Positions 49,871-58,800 of a stretch of DNA of 64,000 bases are shown here, one piece after another. This DNA comes from a virus: positions 1 to 64,000 of the IMG/VR virus record IMGVR_UViG_3300032770_000015. One strand, written 5' to 3'. How positions within the stretch are numbered: position 1 is the stretch's first letter; every line of letters starts with the position of its first letter. The position numbers and the translations under genes are program-made. The notes under the pieces are model-generated. The model did no database searches, was not told the DNA's origin, and saw only the letters and a list, made by a program, of their open reading frames with translations.

Positions 49871-50110
49871 TTACTCGGCGTCGCCGCCGGTCGTCGGGGT
49901 GCCCCCGAGGTAATCGCCGCAGGGGTCGTTCGTGTTCGGGTCCGACGCGTGCGACGTGCCCTGCGCCAGCGTCAGGTGCTTCGCCGCCGAGGCGAACGCC
50001 GCGCCCGGAACGCCGTGCTTCTTCGGGTCGGTCGCGTCGCCCCGCGGGCGGGGCTGCAGGCGGTGCGCTACGCCCGCGTCGGCCGCCGGGGTCCGGTTGC
50101 CAAACGCCAT
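49871..50110 (-). CDS. MAFxN-leader small protein 4 (divergent)
   Basis: MAFGNRTPAADAGVAHRLQ; first gene of the leftward arm. Confidence 0.65.
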   Translation of the reverse strand: MAFGNRTPAADAGVAHRLQPRPRGDATDPKKHGVPGAAFASAAKHLTLAQGTSHASDPNTNDPCGDYLGGTPTTGGDAE

Positions 50111-50586
50111 GGGGATACGCCTCAGATCGTTGCAGTAGGATTTTGCTACCGGGTTCAATCTACGCTGGCCGCGCGGCCGCAGCGGTCTTCCGGGCCGGGT
50201 CGGACGCCCCAGCGCCGCAGGCGCCCACTTCGGTATCACGATACCGGGTCGGGGAACGGCGGGGGCGGGACCAGGGACCACGGGTCTACATGGTGTCGGC
50301 AAACCGGATTCCCGACCGGGGCGGTACCCTACGGGGTACCCCCGGCGGAAACGGTTGCCGCGGGATGCGTCTACGCGTGGAATCGAGACGTTTTCGTCAC
50401 GTTAAGCACGTCTACCTGCATGGAGTTCTTGCCGTAGCCGCCGCCGGGCCGGAGCCGCCGGGGGGCGACGGCGTGCGGTCACTACGACGTGCGTAGACGC
50501 GCGGGGGCCACGCCTGGCGGCCGATCCGGGGCGCGGGCAGGCCGGGGCGTAGGTCCGTGGTCGTTCGCCCCGCGTACGTGAACCTC

Positions 50587-53236
50587 GTAACCCGTTCGGG
50601 CGCCGAGCGTTACATCGACTTAACGGTTCGGGAACCGTTCGGTCCGGGCGCCGGATGATTCCCGGTCGCACCTGATACCGGGTTGACGTAACGCGCGAAC
50701 GTACGCCCGTAAAGCGTTACGGCGTAACGGGTTACAGAAACGACTGCATATAATATACGTTACGTTAAGTAAGCCCGAATAGGCCGCAAGTGGCGTCGCG
50801 GCGCGGGTTTACGGCGTCGGCGCCCGGTCGCGGCGTGTTACGGGTTCGGCGCCCGATGACCTAGGACCACGCGGCGGCGCCGAAACCGGCCGACCCCGGC
50901 GCGGCGCGGTTCGCGCGCGGATCGTGACCAGGCGGCCTAGCGGCGGCGTCGTACCGTGACGCGTGCGACGTTCACGCAGACGACCCGATCCGGCGCTCTT
51001 CCGGGCGACCGGGCGGGCGCGCGGCGTCTCACACGTCTACGGGGGCGTCGTGTTTCAAGACGCAAGGCTGGGCAGAGTGGGCCAAAGCATCTTCCCGACC
51101 GCGAACCGGTCGAAGGGGCCTATAAGTGAAAGTCCTTCGTAGGGTCTTCGGCGTTATTGGGGCGATTCGCCCCACAACGTCGGCATTCCGCGGCACTGCG
51201 GCGATTCGCGACAGATGGCTATCGCATAATGCGTCACTGCGGCATTCTGCGACACGACTGTAAAGATTCACGACAGTGGGGCATTTCGCCCATGCAGCAA
51301 TCGCATTTTGCGGCACTGTCGCCATAGCGCTCCGCTGCCGATCCGGCCGACCCGACCCGGGGCGTCGCCGACCGGGCGGCGCGGCCGCAAGCCTCTCCCA
51401 TGTCCACGGGCGCGTCGAACCCGCCGGGCGGGGCGTACCCCGTAGGGGTACGACCCCTGGCCCGTACGGGTACGACCGACGCGCGCCCGAACCGTTAACC
51501 TATTCCCGATCCTATTCCCGTGGCGCGTCGCCGACCGCGTAACCCCGTGGTCCCTGGAGCTTTGCGCCGCGTCCCGCGTCCCGCCGCGACCGTCGCCGAT
51601 CCGGCGCGGCTGCAACCTATTCCCGGCGGTCGCGGGCGCCGTTAACGGTAGCGCGGCCGACGGCGCCCCGGCGCCGTTTCCGGGCAGGCGCAACCGTTCC
51701 GTGGCGCGGCGGCGCCGTTTCCGGCCGTCGTCGCCCCGGAACCCTCGGCGCCCGGCCGACTCCCGCGCTGCTCCGGCCTGCCGCCCGAACCCCGTCCCGT
51801 CGGCCCGCGTCGCGTGGCCCCGGAACTGGTCGCCGCCCCCGTCCGCGTAGACGTGCGGAGAAGCGTGATCCCGCCGCGCCCGGCCCGAACGTAAAGTGGT
51901 CCGTCGTCGTCGGTTACTCCGCCCCGGACCGGTCGCCCGACCGAACGCCCGGGCGTCGGGGTCGGCGCGCCGCTCGCGTGAACCTCGCACGTGACCCTGT
52001 CGTTACAGTATCGTTACACGTTCGTTACATCGGGTCGGCCGGTCGCGGCACGGTTTTCGCGCGCCGCCAGAAGTGTAATCGTTTTGTAACGGAGAAATTT
52101 CCGTGCCAGGCCCGGGATTCGCACGCCGCCGCGGAATGCGGCGATGTAACGATCCGATTACAAGGCGACGAACGGGCCGCCGTGGCACGGTTTTTTACGA
52201 CCCTTGCCGGTGACCCGGAGAAGCGTGCCCCGCGCGCTGCGTGAAACCGGCGGAAAGCCAGGCGCGGCGCGGGTTTCCGCGATTCACGCCGGGTCGGTCG
52301 GGCGGACGGCCGCGCGGTCTTCCGTTCGCACGTCTACGCGGAACGTCGCACGAACGCCCCCGGAAGTGGCGTCGCGGCGCCGTTTCCGGCACCCGGGCTC
52401 GTCGGTTTCGACCCCCGGCACGTCGCGGGGCCGGACCGGGCGTCGCGCCGGGGCGGAATGTAACGATCCGGTTACATTCGGCCGGTCGGCGCCGCGTTGG
52501 CACGATTTTTCAAACGTGCTACGATGACCCGTACGCCCCGACCCGTCGCGGAACCGGTTTGTCGGTAAACCCGCGCCGCGTAACGGGTTACGCTACGTCG
52601 CCGGGGCGCGGCCGTATCCCGATAACCCCCACCCCCCGGCAAACGGGTCGTAACCCCGTACGCCGTAACGGTTTACGACCGGTCGCGAAGACGGCCCCCG
52701 TTTCCACGTCTACGGTCATCCTCGCACGCCGCATTTCGCCGGGGATCGGACCCGTCGGGTATGGCCCGCCGCCCGATTCCCGACCTCGGCGCCCGGCGTT
52801 CGCCCGACCGGACCGGGCGCACGACCCCGGCCGACGCCCGCCCGGCGTCGCCGCCGCCCCGGGGCGGCCCGATCCGGCGGGGGCGCGGGTCCCGGGCAGC
52901 CCAGGTCGGAATTCGCGCGTTTATAGGAGAGGTCGTAACCGCGTACGCCGTAACGGTTTACGGGTGTGATCTCAAGGCCCCCGCCGCCGCGCCCCCGGGC
53001 GCCGAACGGCGCAAAACGGTCCCAAACGGCCGATCCGGAGGTGACACGTTTGCACGCGCGCGGAAGCGTCGTAACCCCGTGGGAATACGGAAGTTACGGC
53101 GTTTTCGTCGTGCGCCCATTTTTCCGGTCGCGCCGGACCGTCCAAAATGCCCCGGTTTCGGGACCGCCCCCGCCGACCCGGTAGAATCGCGCGTATACTA
53201 GCACGACCCGTAACCCGTTACGCCGTCGCGCTTTAC
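50587..53236. repeat. dispersed 27-bp GTAA-N19-TTAC motifs
   Basis: Copies at 50587, 50709, 52565, 52650, 52935, 53071 and 53210; variants at 50786 and 51539. Confidence 0.75.
50743..50770 (+). other. dif: dif-like XerC/XerD recombination site
   Basis: ACTGCATATAA-TATACG-TTACGTTAAGT, 11-6-11 layout; right arm matches E. coli XerD arm TTATGTTAAAT at 9 of 11 positions. Confidence 0.7.
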
Positions 53237-53257
53237 GGATGTAATCGGATCGTTACA
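52145..53257. promoter_or_regulatory. TGTAA-N8-TTACA operator-like palindromes
   Basis: 52145-52162, 52459-52476 and 53240-53257; the third is the exact reverse complement of the first. Confidence 0.65.
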
Positions 53258-53775
53258 CATCTACGGCGACGGCGGCCCGGGATTCGCTACGTTTTCGGGT
53301 CGCGGACCCCGGAACGCGGCGCGACGCCGTACCGACCGGGAAAACCGCCGGGGGAACCGCCGGGCCCAGCGCGCCGCGACGATACCGGGAAGGCGAAGCC
53401 GGAACCCCCGAACGAACGAACCCGCGCGACGGACGACGGCGCGGGTCGGGTGAACGAAGCACCGACGGGGATGGTCGGATTAACCGGAACCCCCGCCGCC
53501 GGACCCCCGACCCGTACTGGGGCGACACCGCCCCCATCGTCCGACTGGTCGTCGCGGGCCGCCCGCCCGGCGCGCCGGAACATCGGCCGCGAACCCGGGG
53601 CGAACGGGCGGGGGTTTTCCGCCGGGGGCCGTTCCCCGAACGCGGACGCGACCCGCCACCGTTCCAGCGCACGTCGTCCCGCCGGGGCGTCGAATCCCCG
53701 GCAGGACATTCGCAGAAACCCCGCCGACCGGTCCGGCCGCGCGGGGCGTATCCCCGAACCGAAAGGAACCGACCC

Positions 53776-53991
53776 GTGGTCCCGATCCGCCTCACGCTCG
53801 ACCCGCTGGGCGCCGGGTACGTCGAACTCGTCGCCGTCGTGCATGACGCGACGTACGACGCCGACGTGCGCCGGACGATCCGCGTCTCGCTCGAATCCTT
53901 CGGCCCGTCGGCGACCGTCGTTGCCCTGCGGGACGCGAAAGGGAACCTGGTCACGGCCGCCGACTGGGCGCTCTTCCCGTCGGTCGCATAA
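53776..53991 (+). CDS. early hypothetical protein
   Basis: GAAAGGA RBS. Confidence 0.65.
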   Translation: MVPIRLTLDPLGAGYVELVAVVHDATYDADVRRTIRVSLESFGPSATVVALRDAKGNLVTAADWALFPSVA

Positions 53992-54096
53992 CCCGTCGCC
54001 GCCCGGCGTCGAATCCGGGCGGCGTCATACGAACCGAACGCCCGCGCCGGACCGGCGCTGGGCGAGCCGAAACCCGAACCGAAAGGGACCGTCCGA

Positions 54097-54411
54097 ATGA
54101 AGCCCGTGAATCCCGCCTGCGCCGACGATACGTCGCTGGCCGGGTACGTCGACACGACGTACGCCGCGCTCGTCGCTGCCTTCGGTCCGCCGAACGGCCG
54201 GAGCGACGGATACAAGGTGGACGCCTGCTGGGTCCTGGCCGCCGGTGGGCGGATCGTAACCGTGTACAACTGGAAGGACGGCCCCGCGTACCGGGGCGCG
54301 GCCGGTACGCCGGTCGAGGCGATAACGACGTGGCACATCGGGGCGCACTTCGCCCCGGCGGCGCTCGCCGCGATGCGGCGCGCGTTCCCCGGCCGCGTTT
54401 CGGCCGCGTGA
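54097..54411 (+). CDS. early hypothetical protein
   Basis: GAAAGGGA RBS; TTYAALVAAFGPP...YNWK...WHIG. Confidence 0.7.
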   Translation: MKPVNPACADDTSLAGYVDTTYAALVAAFGPPNGRSDGYKVDACWVLAAGGRIVTVYNWKDGPAYRGAAGTPVEAITTWHIGAHFAPAALAAMRRAFPGRVSAA

Positions 54412-54674
54412 CGAACCCGACGGCCCCGGGCTTCGAAACTCGGGGCCGCCTTACGATCCGAACCGCCCGCGCCGGACCGGCGCCGGGCGGCGCTGCGTTG
54501 GGCACCGGGCCACCGGCCCGGCACGCGACCAGATGCCCCGGGGGTTGGATTCGCCCGGCGGTCGCCGCCCGCCCGACGCCCGGGGGCTTCGAAACCCCCG
54601 CGCGTCATCGCTGAACGTCGCCGGGCCGGACGGCCGGGCGACCCCGTACCCGCCGGACGAAAGGAACCGTACCC

Positions 54675-54833
54675 GTGGCCCCGCACGCGAACGAAGACCG
54701 GATCATCGCACAGCTCGACCGGGACGCCGTCTACCACGTCGCCGACCGCCTCGCGTTCCGCGTCGCCGACGACGCCGCGATGGCCCGCGCCCTGCGGCCG
54801 TACGTCGCCCGCTGCACCGCCGTTACGTTCTGA
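54675..54833 (+). CDS. early small protein (52 aa, not in ORF track)
   Basis: GAAAGGA RBS, GTG start, stop immediately before the next repeat element. Confidence 0.6.
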   Translation: MAPHANEDRIIAQLDRDAVYHVADRLAFRVADDAAMARALRPYVARCTAVTF

Positions 54834-55028
54834 ACCCGTCGCCGCCCGGCGTCGAACCCGGGCGGCGCCTTACGATCCGAACGCCCGCGCCGGACCGGCG
54901 CTGGGCGAATTCTTCCCCGATCCGAACCCGCACGACCAGAAAGGGACCGACCCGATGACCTCGACCCCGATGGACGAGCTGGCCGCCCTGCTCGTTCGCA
55001 TCCAGCGCCGTCGTCCGGCGCCCGCCCG

Positions 55029-55319
55029 ATGAACCCCGCCGTCGTCGCCATCGTCGTCGCGGCCGTCCAGGACGCGCCGACCCCGTACCGCCTGGCCGAC
55101 CGCATGGCCGCCCAGCGCGCCATCGTCGCCGCCGTCGCGCCGTACTTCGGCGGCGACCAGCTCGCCGCGTCGCTCGCGGTCGCCCCGGCGTACGCCGCCG
55201 CCGTCGAGCGCATTGCGGCGGTCCGGCGGAACCGGATCACCGGCCTGTCGTCGTCGCTCCCGGCCGGGGTCGTCATCGGCGACCGCGCCGTGCCGATCTC
55301 CGCCGTCGCGGGTGACTGA
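55029..55319 (+). CDS. early hypothetical protein
   Basis: Coupled to a 25-aa ORF at 54955-55032. Confidence 0.55.
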   Translation: MNPAVVAIVVAAVQDAPTPYRLADRMAAQRAIVAAVAPYFGGDQLAASLAVAPAYAAAVERIAAVRRNRITGLSSSLPAGVVIGDRAVPISAVAGD

Positions 55320-55445
55320 ACCTACCGACGAGGCGTGACCCGCCCCGCGTCGCCCGGGGGCTTCGAAACCCCCGGGCGTCGTTCGCTCCGAACGTCCGCG
55401 CCGGACCGGCGCTGGGCGAGTTCTTCCCCGAACCGAAAGGGACGT

Positions 55446-55823
55446 ATGGAACACGACGCGCGGCACCTCTTCGAAGACCGGTACGGCGACGGTCACCCCT
55501 CGACGCGCTACCACGCGCGGCTGATCATCGCCGGGGCCGAGAACGGCCTCGCCGGATACGGCGTCGTCGTCATCCCGGCCGGATCGTCGGCCCGGCAGGT
55601 CCAGGGCGGGCCGCTCGTCCCTGGCCCGTGGGCCGCGACCTTCGGGCTCTGCACCGTCATCGACAACGCGGGCGGAACCGGCGCCGAGGTCGCGCGCGAA
55701 ACCGCCCGGGGCGACGCCATCCGCGTCGCGGCGGGCGATACCGTCCGCCTGACCGACGCCGTGACGGTCCGCGTTACCATCGGGCGGCGCGAGTACCCGG
55801 ACCTGACCGTGGTGGACCGGTAG
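55446..55823 (+). CDS. early hypothetical protein
   Basis: Start revised to ATG at 55446 after GAAAGGGA RBS. Confidence 0.65.
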   Translation: MEHDARHLFEDRYGDGHPSTRYHARLIIAGAENGLAGYGVVVIPAGSSARQVQGGPLVPGPWAATFGLCTVIDNAGGTGAEVARETARGDAIRVAAGDTVRLTDAVTVRVTIGRREYPDLTVVDR

Positions 55824-55924
55824 GGCCGCCGGGCGGGGGCTTCGAAACCCCCGCCCGTCATCGCTGACCGACGGACGCCGGACCGGCGGGCCGTCCCTAT
55901 TCCCCGATCCGAAAGGACGAGCTG

Positions 55925-56596
55925 ATGAAGCGCTACCAGATCATCACGGCGAACCGCGCCACGAGGTCGCAGGCGGGGTACGCGCAGACGGAATCGTCAA
56001 CCCTGGAGCTGGGCGAGTCCCTGTTCGTCACCGCCGAGAAGGCCGTCCCGCGCGGCGCCGGGGTCGAGGTCGAGCTGTTCGACACGGTCAAGAACAAGGT
56101 CCTGCGGTCCCGGTACTTCCCGACGCTCGACGAGGCGCGGGCGTCCGTCGCCCGGCGGCTCGCGAAGCACGTCGAGAGCGAGGTCGAGGCGGCCGAGGCG
56201 TCGCTGGCGAAGTTCACCGCCGAGATCAACCGTAACGTGGCGTCGCTCCGCGCCTGGGCCGTGGCCCGTGCGAACGGCGCCGACCTGACCGACTGGCGGG
56301 GCGGGAACACCGACGTGGAGTCGCCGTTCCGCTGGGCCGACGACTCGGTGGCCGCCGCCGCCCGCCTGATGGTCGCCCGCGAGGTCGAGGAATATCTGGC
56401 GACCGACCGCGCGCCGTCGGCCATCGTCGCCGCGCTGCGGACCCAGGTGCTGCGGTCGGCCCGGAACGGGCTGTCGCGGTCCACGTCGTCGTCGGCGAAC
56501 CTGACCGAGGAGGCCCGCCTCGCCGCGCGGGCCGCGATGGTCGAGAAGCTCGAAACCATCGTCGCGTGGGCGACCGACATGGGCGTCGAGGTCTGA
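55925..56596 (+). CDS. early hypothetical protein
   Basis: GAAAGGA RBS, 223 aa. Confidence 0.7.
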   Translation: MKRYQIITANRATRSQAGYAQTESSTLELGESLFVTAEKAVPRGAGVEVELFDTVKNKVLRSRYFPTLDEARASVARRLAKHVESEVEAAEASLAKFTAEINRNVASLRAWAVARANGADLTDWRGGNTDVESPFRWADDSVAAAARLMVAREVEEYLATDRAPSAIVAALRTQVLRSARNGLSRSTSSSANLTEEARLAARAAMVEKLETIVAWATDMGVEV

Positions 56597-56599
56597 ACC

Positions 56600-56662
56600 G
56601 CCGAGGGGCGGGCGCCGACGAACCGGCGCCCGTTAAGGCACGGCCCGGTCCCAAGTCCGGGC
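56600..56662 (+). ncRNA. twister ribozyme (P5-type permutation) #1
   Basis: GCC-GAGGG-P1 hairpin-TAA-GGC-AC..CCGGTCCCAAGTCCGG; predicted cut 56634/56635. Confidence 0.88.
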
Positions 56663-56757
56663 GGAACGCAGGACGCCGCGCCAGGTATGGTGCCGGGTAA
56701 GCGTCCGTGCCGAACCCCATCACTTGAGGTGACATATGCGGTAGACCCCCGGGTAAC

Positions 56758-56835
56758 GCCGAGGGCGACGATCCGCCGGGCCGTACGCGCGCCCCGGGTC
56801 GTCGTAAGGCGCATGGCCGGTCCCAAGCCCGGCCG
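56758..56835 (+). ncRNA. twister ribozyme #2
   Basis: Same architecture with CCGGTCCCAAGCCCGG; predicted cut 56805/56806. Confidence 0.88.
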
Positions 56836-56859
56836 AACCCGAACGAAAGGAACGACCCG

Positions 56860-57234
56860 ATGTCGCTTCGCTGGCAGATGTCGAACGAGCAGAGCCCCGC
56901 GTGGGTGAACCTGTCGCCCGTGATGCGGGAGACCATGATCTTCGGCCTGGTCATCGCCGATATGGGCGAGATCAAGGACGAGGCCGCCGCCGAGAAGTTC
57001 TGGACCCGGCTCCGGATGGCCGAGCTGGCGCAGGGCGACTCGTTCGTCCACCAGACCCCGGCGGGCGACGGCCCGATGATCCAGCGTTGGATCACCCTGG
57101 CCGACTGCCGGGCGGCCATCGGGCTCGGCGCGAACGTGCGGACGACGACGGACGCGCAGTACAATCGGAAGGTCGCCGGTATCCTGCGCGACACGGCCGT
57201 CGCCGAGCTGCGGCGGGCGAAGGACGCAAAGTAG
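56860..57234 (+). CDS. early hypothetical protein
   Basis: GAAAGGA RBS; flanked by twisters. Confidence 0.7.
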   Translation: MSLRWQMSNEQSPAWVNLSPVMRETMIFGLVIADMGEIKDEAAAEKFWTRLRMAELAQGDSFVHQTPAGDGPMIQRWITLADCRAAIGLGANVRTTTDAQYNRKVAGILRDTAVAELRRAKDAK

Positions 57235-57298
57235 CCGAGGGGCGGGCGCCGATCCGTCGGCGCCCGTTAAGGCGCACGGCCGGTCCCAAGCCCGGCCG
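57234..57298 (+). ncRNA. twister ribozyme #3
   Basis: Same architecture; predicted cut 57268/57269. Confidence 0.9.
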
Positions 57299-57322
57299 AA
57301 CCCCAAATGGAAAGGATGCCGG

Positions 57323-57811
57323 ATGAACTACGCGAACGTGCTAGGCGAGGCGAAGGGCAAGTTTGGCGCGTGGACCGCCTGGTATGTGCTGGGCGAGGCC
57401 GCCACCGGGTACGCGGTCCGCGCGCAGTTGGCGCCCGACCTGACGGTGAACCCGTTCACGGACACGGACATCTACGGCGCGGTCAAGGAGATGAACAGCA
57501 CGCAGCGCCCGGCCGGGTTCGACGGCGCAGCGCGGAAGATCCACACGCCCCGGTCGGTGTACTGGTGGCAGCCGCCGTCGGATACGCGCGACGCGGCGGT
57601 CATCGCGTCCATCGCCGAGCGCGTGCGGCGGTTCCTGAACGACGACTGGTCGTATGTCGGCCTGCTCGTCGAGGTCCGGCACCCGCCCTGCACGCTGTGC
57701 GGCGAATCGCGGGTCACGTCGGCCGGGCTCTGGGGCATCGAGTCGGACAGCGACGACGGGTACGTGATCGAGACGCTAGGCGACCTCGTGAACGAGGCGA
57801 AGGACGAGTAA
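57323..57811 (+). CDS. early hypothetical protein
   Basis: GAAAGGA RBS; flanked by twisters. Confidence 0.7.
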   Translation: MNYANVLGEAKGKFGAWTAWYVLGEAATGYAVRAQLAPDLTVNPFTDTDIYGAVKEMNSTQRPAGFDGAARKIHTPRSVYWWQPPSDTRDAAVIASIAERVRRFLNDDWSYVGLLVEVRHPPCTLCGESRVTSAGLWGIESDSDDGYVIETLGDLVNEAKDE

Positions 57812-57812
57812 C

Positions 57813-57875
57813 GCCGAGGGCGACCGCCGCGCGGTTCCGGCGGTCGTAAGGCACGGCCCGGTCCCAAGTCCGGGC
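57813..57875 (+). ncRNA. twister ribozyme #4
   Basis: Same architecture; predicted cut 57847/57848. Confidence 0.88.
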
Positions 57876-57899
57876 GACCCCATCAACGAAAGGACGTGT

Positions 57900-58100
57900 A
57901 TGGCGCTCGTGATGCTGCCCCGTACCGACGACCTGCCGCCGGTGTACGTGAACCCGGCGCACGTCGTCGGCGTCGAACCGTCGGTGACCGACCCCGGCGC
58001 GCCGGTCTGCACCGTGTACGTGCTCCCCGGGAACCGGGGCCACTTCGTCGCCCTGTCGGCGCTCGAGGCCGCCCGCCGCCTGAACGGGGGTGCCGCGTGA
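57900..58100 (+). CDS. early small protein
   Basis: GAAAGGA RBS; VYVNPAHVVGVE. Confidence 0.65.
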   Translation: MALVMLPRTDDLPPVYVNPAHVVGVEPSVTDPGAPVCTVYVLPGNRGHFVALSALEAARRLNGGAA

Positions 58101-58477
58101 GGACGAAGCTGAACGCCCTGTTCAAGGCGCTGCGCCAGGCGGGCGTCGCGGCGCACCAGAACTACGAGTGCTGCCAGGGGTGCGGCTGCGCCCGCGTCGC
58201 GTCCGAGATCGGCGTCGTCGGCGCGTACGTCTTCTATCACCACCAGGACGCCGAAGACCTCGAGCCCCCGCGCCATCACCGTGCGGGCGACGGCTGGCGG
58301 CCCGGCGTCTACCTGGCGTACGGGATCGTGTCGGCCGTGGAGCTGCCGGACGCGGTGGAAGAGGCCCTGCGGCTGAAGGTGGGCGAGCTGATCCGGAGGC
58401 TCGCCACCGTGGTCGGGCTCGCCGTCGAGTGGGACGGGACGACCGCGCAGCGCATCTGGGTCACGGAGGCCGCGTGA
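58097..58477 (+). CDS. DUF6891-like protein
   Basis: LNALFKALRQAGVAA.QNY.CCQGCG ... VFYH.QD ... VEWDG; start revised to GTG at 58097. Confidence 0.6.
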   Translation: MRTKLNALFKALRQAGVAAHQNYECCQGCGCARVASEIGVVGAYVFYHHQDAEDLEPPRHHRAGDGWRPGVYLAYGIVSAVELPDAVEEALRLKVGELIRRLATVVGLAVEWDGTTAQRIWVTEAA

Positions 58478-58800
58478 TCGACACCCTCGAGCCGTCGCCG
58501 CGCCGCGAGCCCACGCGGCAGATGTTCATCGTTCCGAACGACCCCGCCGGGCGGGCGGTCATCGCCACTCTGCGCGCATACCTGAACCGGGCGACCTACC
58601 GCCTGCGGGTCGTCGGCCGGGGCGTCCGCGCCGACCGCGCCCGCGAGTTCCGCCGCACGCACCGGGCCTGGGCGACCCGGCGCCCCGACTACGCCTGGAT
58701 TCCGCGCCGGTACGCGACCCGCCTGGCCGTGTACATCGAGCGCAAGGACGGGATCGGGATCAACTGGCAGCAGCTCCGCACGCTGTACCCCGTCCGTTAG
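58474..58800 (+). CDS. early hypothetical protein
   Basis: GTGA overlap, GGAGG RBS. Confidence 0.6.
   Translation: MIDTLEPSPRREPTRQMFIVPNDPAGRAVIATLRAYLNRATYRLRVVGRGVRADRAREFRRTHRAWATRRPDYAWIPRRYATRLAVYIERKDGIGINWQQLRTLYPVR

Larger units (their letters stand above)
53676..55895 (+). repeat. seven copies of an intergenic two-hairpin element (unclassified structured RNA candidate)
   Basis: Starts at 53676, 53997, 54421, 54575, 54840, 55351 and 55830; GC stem with C(G/T)TCGAAN loop, short linker, second stem usually tipped CCG-GAC-CGG. Confidence 0.8.

Noticed and set aside
48275-50110. Bona fide RiPP biosynthetic cluster
   Set aside because: No radical SAM, YcaO, lanthipeptide or peptidase-transporter gene nearby; retained only as an analogy
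141-50437. Long plus-strand ORFs (e.g. 9556-11820, 27268-29178, 35579-37216, 42376-44244)
   Set aside because: Antisense shadows of real minus-strand genes, expected at this GC content; no recognisable motifs
50402-53675. ORFs in the central divergent region
   Set aside because: Arg/Pro-rich low-complexity translations with no RBS; the region is dominated by DNA motifs
53676-55895. tRNA genes suggested by TTCGAA loops
   Set aside because: No cloverleaf, anticodon arm or acceptor stem; loops are 8 nt on long stems
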